Assembly (NCBI GenBank): GCA_034002405.1
Contig: JAVFAS010000005.1
Location: forward strand, 2,092 to 66,091
From: Bacteroidota bacterium
GTDB taxonomy: Bacteria > Bacteroidota > Ignavibacteria > SZUA-365
Direction: 5' to 3'
DNA: 64,000 nt
Below are positions 58,456 to 64,000 of this stretch, piece by piece. A model generated the notes under the pieces. It worked only from the letters and a program-made list of their open reading frames with translations. It was not told the origin of the DNA and did no database searches. Within the stretch, counting starts at the first letter, position 1; each line of letters begins with the position of its first letter. The position numbers and the translations under genes were made by a program.

Positions 58456-59445
58456 TTAACGATTTCCGGCGATGAACGCCTCGGCATCGAGGACATCGTT
58501 TTCGCTCCCAAGGAAGACGGGGGTGCGCTGGTGGATGTCCGACGGCACGATATCGAGAATGCGACGCTGTCCCTCGCTGGCGCGGCCACCCGCCTGCTCG
58601 ATGATCATCGCCATCGGGTTCGCCTCGTACATCAATCGGAGTTTTCCACTCGGATTCTGGCTGTCGGCCGGATAGCAGAAAATCCCGCCGTACAGAAGGG
58701 TACGGTGCACATCGGCGATCATCGATCCGACATATCGTGATTTGTAAGGCCGGCCGCTCGCGTCGTCCGGTGTCTGGAGATAATCGATGTAGCGGCGAAA
58801 TCCGTCATCCCAGAGCCGGCGACTGCCTTCGTTCGTGCTGTAAAAGCGGCCACGCTTCGGAATCGTCAGGTTCGGATGCGAGAGGAGGAAGGAGCCGATG
58901 GTTGGATCGAGTGTGAATCCCTGCACCCCTTCGCCCGTGGTGAAGACCATGATCGTGCTCGACCCATACATGATATATCCCGCGGCGACCTGTTTGAAGC
59001 CGGGTTGAACAACATCCTCGACCGTGCCCCGACCCTCTGTCGTCACGCGGCGGAAGATCGAGAAGATGGTGCCGATGGTGACGTTGACGTCGATATTGGA
59101 GGAGCCGTCGAGCGGATCGAACAACATGACGTAATGGCCGCAGGGAAATTCCGGAGGAATGGGAATGATGGATTCGTTTTCTTCCGAGGCCATGACACAG
59201 AGCTGACCACCACTTTCCATCGCATTGATGATCATCTGGTTGGCGAACACATCGAGTTTCTTGACATCCTCGCCATGCACATTCGTGGCCGCCGCGCGGC
59301 CGAGGATGTTGACCAGTCCGGCGCGACGGACTTCGCGCGAGACGATTTTCGCAGCCAGCGCCAGATTGCGCAGCAGCGTCGAGAATTCCCCGCTGGCTTC
59401 GGGGTGACTTCGCTCCATTTCGGCGATGTAGCGCTGGATGCTCAT
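58456..59445 (-). CDS. fbp: fructose-1,6-bisphosphatase class 1
   Basis: Matches class 1 FBPase along the whole length. Shared segments include DPLDGSSNIDVNVTIGTIFSIFRR, QVAAGYIMYGSSTIMVFTTG and GKLRLMYEANPMAMIIEQAGG. Confidence 0.9.
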   Translation of the reverse strand: MSIQRYIAEMERSHPEASGEFSTLLRNLALAAKIVSREVRRAGLVNILGRAAATNVHGEDVKKLDVFANQMIINAMESGGQLCVMASEENESIIPIPPEFPCGHYVMLFDPLDGSSNIDVNVTIGTIFSIFRRVTTEGRGTVEDVVQPGFKQVAAGYIMYGSSTIMVFTTGEGVQGFTLDPTIGSFLLSHPNLTIPKRGRFYSTNEGSRRLWDDGFRRYIDYLQTPDDASGRPYKSRYVGSMIADVHRTLLYGGIFCYPADSQNPSGKLRLMYEANPMAMIIEQAGGRASEGQRRILDIVPSDIHQRTPVFLGSENDVLDAEAFIAGNR

Positions 59446-59534
59446 GATGTGAACTTCATCGCCGGGTATGTACTGACGGTGGGGCATGGGTGTATTCGTT
59501 GAAGAAGAGTTCGTGGAAATTCGTGCGGGAGTAC

Positions 59535-59951
59535 TCAGGCGTGCGCGTTGGGCAGGCGAATGCTGAGGAACACTTCCATTCCCGACTCGAGCCGGCGGAA
59601 TTCCACCGTGTCCATCATCGCCCGGATAATGAGAACGCCGCGGCCTCCTTCCTTGAGAAGGTTTGTTTCATCGAGTGGATCCGGGATGTTTTCGGGGAGG
59701 AAGCCCGGGCCCTCATCGCGCACGAAGAAATCCAGTCGATCCGCGAAACACTCGCAGCGGAGATGGACATGCTTGTCGGCATTCGCACCGTTGCCGTGGA
59801 TGATGCCGTTATTGACAACCTCGGTGATCGAAATCATCAGGCGGTCGAGCACGGATTCCTCAAGCTGCAGCTCGTCGTTGAGTTCGAGAATGAACTGCTC
59901 GACCAGACGGATGTTCGAGCGCAGGCTCGGAATACTGATGGTTTTTGTCAA
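59535..59951 (-). CDS. anti-sigma regulatory factor (RsbW/SpoIIAB-type serine protein kinase, HATPase_c)
   Basis: 138 aa. The N-box EVVNNGIIHG and the G-boxes DEGPGF and GGRGVLIIRAM match RsbW-type kinases. No STAS or anti-anti-sigma gene is adjacent. Confidence 0.72.
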   Translation of the reverse strand: MTKTISIPSLRSNIRLVEQFILELNDELQLEESVLDRLMISITEVVNNGIIHGNGANADKHVHLRCECFADRLDFFVRDEGPGFLPENIPDPLDETNLLKEGGRGVLIIRAMMDTVEFRRLESGMEVFLSIRLPNAHA

Positions 59952-60023
59952 TATCGCGTCGCTCAGATGGCGTGTCTCCTGCCCTGCGGTGGGGATGCGG
60001 GTCTGTAAGGTAGGGAATCCCGC

Positions 60024-62012
60024 TCACAGATTCCAGAGCATCCGTACAGAGATGTTCGTGGTCGTGCGTACGGGCCGTTCGTCTTCCGAGGTGAACTGCA
60101 ACCACCCCTCGGCAAGAATGTCCGTCGCATCGGAGAGACGAAGACGCATGCTGGCCGTCGGACCGTAGCTGCGCAGCGTCCCGGCCGGCTGGCGGGTCAA
60201 CGCCGTGTATCCGTAGCGGCGCTGTTCGAACAGTCGGAATCCCACCGCGGCGCGGACGGACTCGCCGAGTCGCAGCAACGAAAATGCGAGGGTGCGTTCA
60301 TCGAAGAATTGAAGCGGACGAAGGGTAAATGCCGACCAGTGCAATTCGCCGCGCTCGTAGAAACGGAAATGAAGTTGCAGCTCGCTCCAAATGTTTCCAC
60401 CCAGATGGAGCACCGTCGAATCGGTGAGCGTCAACTGGCGCAACGAGAAACTTCGCTGGGACTGCCCCGCGCTCTCGAAATCGTAGACCGTGTAGTTCGC
60501 GACCACCTCGGCCCCGTTGCGGGAAATAAAGGATGCGCCACTCCGATATTCTGTCGATGGCGCGAGCCGGAGCACGCGGTTCCAGGTGTTGTTGGCGCTG
60601 CGTTCGGAGAAAATGAATACCGTGTGTCGGAGGTTGAAATCGGTCGCGATGGATGCGAGGAAGCGTGGACTGAAACGATGGGACCAACGCACCCCCGCGA
60701 GCACGAACAACTCATCGCGGTCATCATGGTTCTCGTCGCTCGGCGTGTCGTATTGCATCTTCACCGTCGATGCGGAGAACCAGACTGTGTCGCGGTCCGA
60801 TAGCGCGTGCGCAACCTGCAATCCGATCTGCGTTTGGCGGATGCTGTTGTTTTTCTGGCGCTCGAGGGACTGTTGACGCGCGAAACTGACGGAACTCGCA
60901 CCGTCGAAGTCGCGGATTTCATGCAATTCGTCGCGTTCATTGAGCTCCATGCGCAGCTGTCCCGTCGTCCCGGAACCATTGTCATAGAGGAACTGGAGGC
61001 TGCCGTTGAGACGGAACTCGCCGATGTCGGCGTCAAAAAAAGGGAGAGGATCGTCCGGATTTCGCTGCGGGCGCGCACGGGTGATATCCCGCTGGGTGAG
61101 ATCGACGCCGGCGATCATGCGCAGCGGATCGAACACCCGGTACTGCAAGGTGTTGCCGAGGGTGACCACCTGCTCGTCGCGGGATTCGATCGGATATGCC
61201 ACGCCGCGGGTCGCGTCCAACGCGGAATCGTAGGGAAGGTAAAACTCCCGTCGCAGCGAGCGGAACTGCAGCTGCAGGTGATTCTGTCCGTCCTCGGCGA
61301 ATCCCGCAAGGAAATCGGCCGCGCCACGATGTTCCTGCTGGAAGCGTGGATCGATATACTCCGCGGAGGAATACCATTCCGCGACCGTGGCCGTGCGACC
61401 AATGGTCAGATCCCGAAGACGCACATCGGCCGAATACATCAGGCCATGGTCCCCAATGCCCTGTTGGTTGTCGAAACTCACGCCCGCGGTGGGTGCGACG
61501 TGCAGCTGCGGAAACGGACGCCAGCGCACACCGGCCTGGGCCTTGTGTACCGACAGATCATTCAACGCCAGTGCCCGATTGTCGGAAAAAAGAAAAGAAG
61601 AAAAGGAGCCGATAATCGAAAGATCCGGTGCAAGATCATGTTCCGCGCCGAATCCGAATGCCTGTTCGTCCTTCACGGATGTCCGTTCGGTGCGAATCAA
61701 CATCCGCTGAAAGCGTTCATCGGCGCGGATGCGAAACGGTCCGGCGTCCCCGTGCCAGCTTCCGGTGAAATCCCAGAGAAAGGTGTTGACGTTGCGCTCG
61801 AAGGCGAGCGCGATGTGACCCGGGGAGTCCGGTCCCGTCAACGAATCGGAGGCGAGCGTCCCCTCCGCTCCCGCTGTCACACTGCTCGGATCCGTGTCCG
61901 TGTTCGGATTCGTGACTCCCCCCGGATCCGCGACTCCTTGCGCGGCAAGCATCAGCGGCAGGAACAACAGCACGAGGATACACGGAAGGATGTGTCGCTT
62001 CCACATGCGCAT
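60024..62012 (-). CDS. large hypothetical secreted/outer-membrane protein
   Basis: Signal peptide MRMWKRHILPCILVLLFLPLMLAAQG. The ~660-aa body is rich in alternating polar/aromatic residues, consistent with a large beta-barrel. No known motif recognised. Confidence 0.45.
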   Translation of the reverse strand: MRMWKRHILPCILVLLFLPLMLAAQGVADPGGVTNPNTDTDPSSVTAGAEGTLASDSLTGPDSPGHIALAFERNVNTFLWDFTGSWHGDAGPFRIRADERFQRMLIRTERTSVKDEQAFGFGAEHDLAPDLSIIGSFSSFLFSDNRALALNDLSVHKAQAGVRWRPFPQLHVAPTAGVSFDNQQGIGDHGLMYSADVRLRDLTIGRTATVAEWYSSAEYIDPRFQQEHRGAADFLAGFAEDGQNHLQLQFRSLRREFYLPYDSALDATRGVAYPIESRDEQVVTLGNTLQYRVFDPLRMIAGVDLTQRDITRARPQRNPDDPLPFFDADIGEFRLNGSLQFLYDNGSGTTGQLRMELNERDELHEIRDFDGASSVSFARQQSLERQKNNSIRQTQIGLQVAHALSDRDTVWFSASTVKMQYDTPSDENHDDRDELFVLAGVRWSHRFSPRFLASIATDFNLRHTVFIFSERSANNTWNRVLRLAPSTEYRSGASFISRNGAEVVANYTVYDFESAGQSQRSFSLRQLTLTDSTVLHLGGNIWSELQLHFRFYERGELHWSAFTLRPLQFFDERTLAFSLLRLGESVRAAVGFRLFEQRRYGYTALTRQPAGTLRSYGPTASMRLRLSDATDILAEGWLQFTSEDERPVRTTTNISVRMLWNL

Positions 62013-62022
62013 GGAATCAGCC

Positions 62023-63066
62023 TCAGTTGCGGACCTGGAAGCGCCAGGCATCCGAAACACCATTGGGCAGGCCATTCTCCGCCGTGAGAGAAGACACGCG
62101 CCAGTAATAGGTCTGACCCACGGTCAAGGCCGGACCGTCAACGCGATGTGACAGCGTGTCGCCCGCGGCCGGACGAACGAGACGCGACCAGACCTCGCCG
62201 GATGTTTCCGCGAGTAAAACCGTCAGAAGATAGGCATCCGTTTCGGGAACCCGGAGCCATCGAAGGAGAGGATAGGGAGCGGCCTGTCCGTTCGGGAGTG
62301 GTGACACGAGCACCGGTCGCGATGCGATGAAATCGGAGCGCAGCTCCGACCGCGGGCTTTCCAATGCGCCGCGGTCGACCGACGTCACCGCGTAGAAATA
62401 CCGGCGGCCGATCTGCTGCACGGAGGTGTCGTCATGAAACGCGGCATCGGTCTCGGCGAACAGCAGCGCGGGTGTGGGATCTTCAAACGGGGTTTCCGAC
62501 CGGTATATCCGGTAATACGCGAGGTCGGCCTCGTCCACCGGGGACCAGGTCAAACGCAGGAGCTGCTTCCGGCCGTCGTTGTATCCGTTGACATGAAAAT
62601 ATGCGGGCGCGTCGGGCGCGTTGCGATTGTGCGCTATCGCCGAGACGGTGTCGGATGGCACGCTTTCGTTGCCACGTTCGTCCACCGCGGTCACGAAATA
62701 CCAATACGTCGTGTCGTAACTGCGTTGCTGGTCGATGTGATAATTCGTGCTGATCGTATCGACAGCGATGAAGCGGTGAGAATCCTTCGATTCAGCGCGA
62801 TGGACGATGTACCCGCGAAGATCGGGCTCCCGGTTCTTGATCCATCCAATGAATATGTATCCGTCGCGCGCGCCTTCGACCAGCAATCCGGTCGGGGGAA
62901 GCGGTGGTATGGTGTCGGGCCCCGGGTCGATGATGCGTTCGCGCTCGCAGGCCGATGCAAGGATGCAGAGCAGCAGCATGATCGCGACGGGCGTGCGACC
63001 GCGCCAGTCGCGGGACGCGCGCGCAAGGATACCGGTCGGCGATATGGAACGAATGCGAGGTGACAT
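62023..63066 (-). CDS. putative lipoprotein with fibronectin type III-like domains
   Basis: The probable start is the internal MLLLCILASAC (lipobox-like). At least two ~90-aa segments have FN3 features (PP.P.GL.V...W..N.E.DL.GY.V.R, then YYWRVSS). 10-nt gap to the downstream outer-membrane protein gene. Confidence 0.5.
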   Translation of the reverse strand: MSPRIRSISPTGILARASRDWRGRTPVAIMLLLCILASACERERIIDPGPDTIPPLPPTGLLVEGARDGYIFIGWIKNREPDLRGYIVHRAESKDSHRFIAVDTISTNYHIDQQRSYDTTYWYFVTAVDERGNESVPSDTVSAIAHNRNAPDAPAYFHVNGYNDGRKQLLRLTWSPVDEADLAYYRIYRSETPFEDPTPALLFAETDAAFHDDTSVQQIGRRYFYAVTSVDRGALESPRSELRSDFIASRPVLVSPLPNGQAAPYPLLRWLRVPETDAYLLTVLLAETSGEVWSRLVRPAAGDTLSHRVDGPALTVGQTYYWRVSSLTAENGLPNGVSDAWRFQVRN

Positions 63067-63134
63067 GCCGGCAGATCTACGAATTCAATAACATACATTC
63101 CTGTGTTCAGAAGCGAAAGGGGGAAGGCCGTCGA

Positions 63135-63235
63135 CGAGGAAAAAGGGAACGAGGGAAAGGATGAGAATGAGGGAAAGGATGAGAATGAGGGAAATGAGGG
63201 AAATGAAGGAAAAGAGGGGAAGGGAAGACGAGGGG
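63135..63235. repeat. polypurine tandem repeat (18-mer x2 then degenerate 9-mers)
   Basis: GAGGGAAAGGATGAGAAT occurs twice. It is followed by GAGGGAAAT x2, GAAGGAAAA, GAGGGGAAG and GGAAGACGA. The stretch is about 90 % purine on the plus strand over ~100 nt, and it is intergenic between two minus-strand genes. Confidence 0.7.
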
Positions 63236-63243
63236 CGCGGCGG

Positions 63244-63942
63244 TTATCGCTTGTCGAGCAGCGAACGAATCTCACGGAATTCATCCAGACTGCTGTCGAG
63301 CACATCGGAGAGATGCTCGAGCAGCGATGAGAGTTGCTCGACATCCATGGCGACATAGCGTGCGTCGACGAGCGACGAATCCGTGTCCGTGCGCCGTCGC
63401 GTGGCCGGGGTGGTCCGTGGCGCCGCGGAGCGATTGCCCGACTTCTCCTCGGATGCGGCGGGGCGTAGGGTGTTCTCCGCTCTTCCCTCGGCGTATGCGC
63501 GGGATGGCGGCAGGACCGTGGAGCGGATCAAACGGAGATGCGAATCGTCTGACGATGGCGCGGGGAGCGACATTCCCGTCCGTGCGGGACAGAAGAATTT
63601 GTGAAAGAAAAACGAGTAGAGGTCCGGATTCTGGCTGAGCAGGGTTTCCTTCCGGATTTCCTTGAATGCCCGCTTGTGCGCGACATAGAAGAGCGCGTGG
63701 TCGGCATGCTGGAAGGCGAGATCGAGGAAGTCGGACCAATGGATGTGAATGTCCGTGTAGCGAAATCCATGCGTGGGAGAGAGTCCATCGATGAGCAGGT
63801 GCTCGTCCGTCCACTCCGCCGTCCCGAAAAGGTTGCTCCCGATATCCTGCGCGTCATAACGCACGCCGGCGGGAGTGAGAATGAAAAGAATCACCGTATC
63901 GGTATATCGCGGCTCGTGAAGGAATTCGATGGTCGAGGACAT
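63244..63942 (-). CDS. hypothetical protein
   Basis: 232 aa from MSSTIEFLHEP. No motif recognised. Coding-like composition only. Confidence 0.35.
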   Translation of the reverse strand: MSSTIEFLHEPRYTDTVILFILTPAGVRYDAQDIGSNLFGTAEWTDEHLLIDGLSPTHGFRYTDIHIHWSDFLDLAFQHADHALFYVAHKRAFKEIRKETLLSQNPDLYSFFFHKFFCPARTGMSLPAPSSDDSHLRLIRSTVLPPSRAYAEGRAENTLRPAASEEKSGNRSAAPRTTPATRRRTDTDSSLVDARYVAMDVEQLSSLLEHLSDVLDSSLDEFREIRSLLDKR

Positions 63943-64000
63943 AGGGGTAGGATTGTTTCGGATTCTCCGGTCAGGAGTTCTCAATCTATGCATCTTTTCA

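Noticed and set aside
63135-63235. Possible CRISPR array
   Set aside because: The repeats are direct, contiguous and purine-only, with no unique spacers and no cas genes. This is a simple tandem repeat, not CRISPR.

Overview
A 64-kb, high-GC (~60-65 %) chromosomal window, mostly housekeeping genes, that appears to include the replication origin region. The genes I can support are listed here, with approximate start positions in parentheses.

- Shikimate pathway: an aroK/aroD-like/aroE fusion followed by aroC.
- Repair and chromosome maintenance: radA and smc.
- Methylmalonyl-CoA mutase: meaB at ~7.4 kb, mutA and mutB at ~38.6-43 kb.
- Redox: sthA and msrB.
- The classic rpmH-rnpA-yidD-yidC cluster (~25.6-28.2 kb).
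- Others: obg, nadE, murI, glnD, dnaA, rsfS, argS, ppiD-like, fbp, and a tRNA-Leu(CAA).

Three very large secreted proteins end in the Por/type IX secretion system (T9SS) C-terminal sorting domain (two tandem paralogues at 11.1-18.0 kb and one at 34.8-38.5 kb). There are also several FadL-like or porin-like outer-membrane barrels, and the rpmH promoter has a TAnnTTTG-type -7 box. Together these point to a high-GC member of the FCB superphylum (Rhodothermota/Bacteroidota-like). That placement is an inference from the sequence, not a database result.

DnaA boxes cluster on both flanks of dnaA, so an origin of replication (oriC) probably lies in this window.

I found no CRISPR array, transposase, prophage or clear defence island. 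The most unusual content is a set of uncharacterised proteins:

- a 740-aa protein with a ~350-aa Asp/Glu-rich low-complexity core, next to obg;
- a Tyr/Trp-rich lipoprotein with an Arg/Ser-rich tail, next to a FadL/PorV-like barrel;
- a catalytically doubtful GH2-like domain fused to a polytopic membrane domain, upstream of smc;
- an orphan RsbW-like anti-sigma kinase beside a large outer-membrane protein and an FN3 lipoprotein.

Several small repeat and palindrome elements sit in intergenic DNA.

Long ORFs antisense to real genes are common here, as expected at this GC content, and I rejected them.
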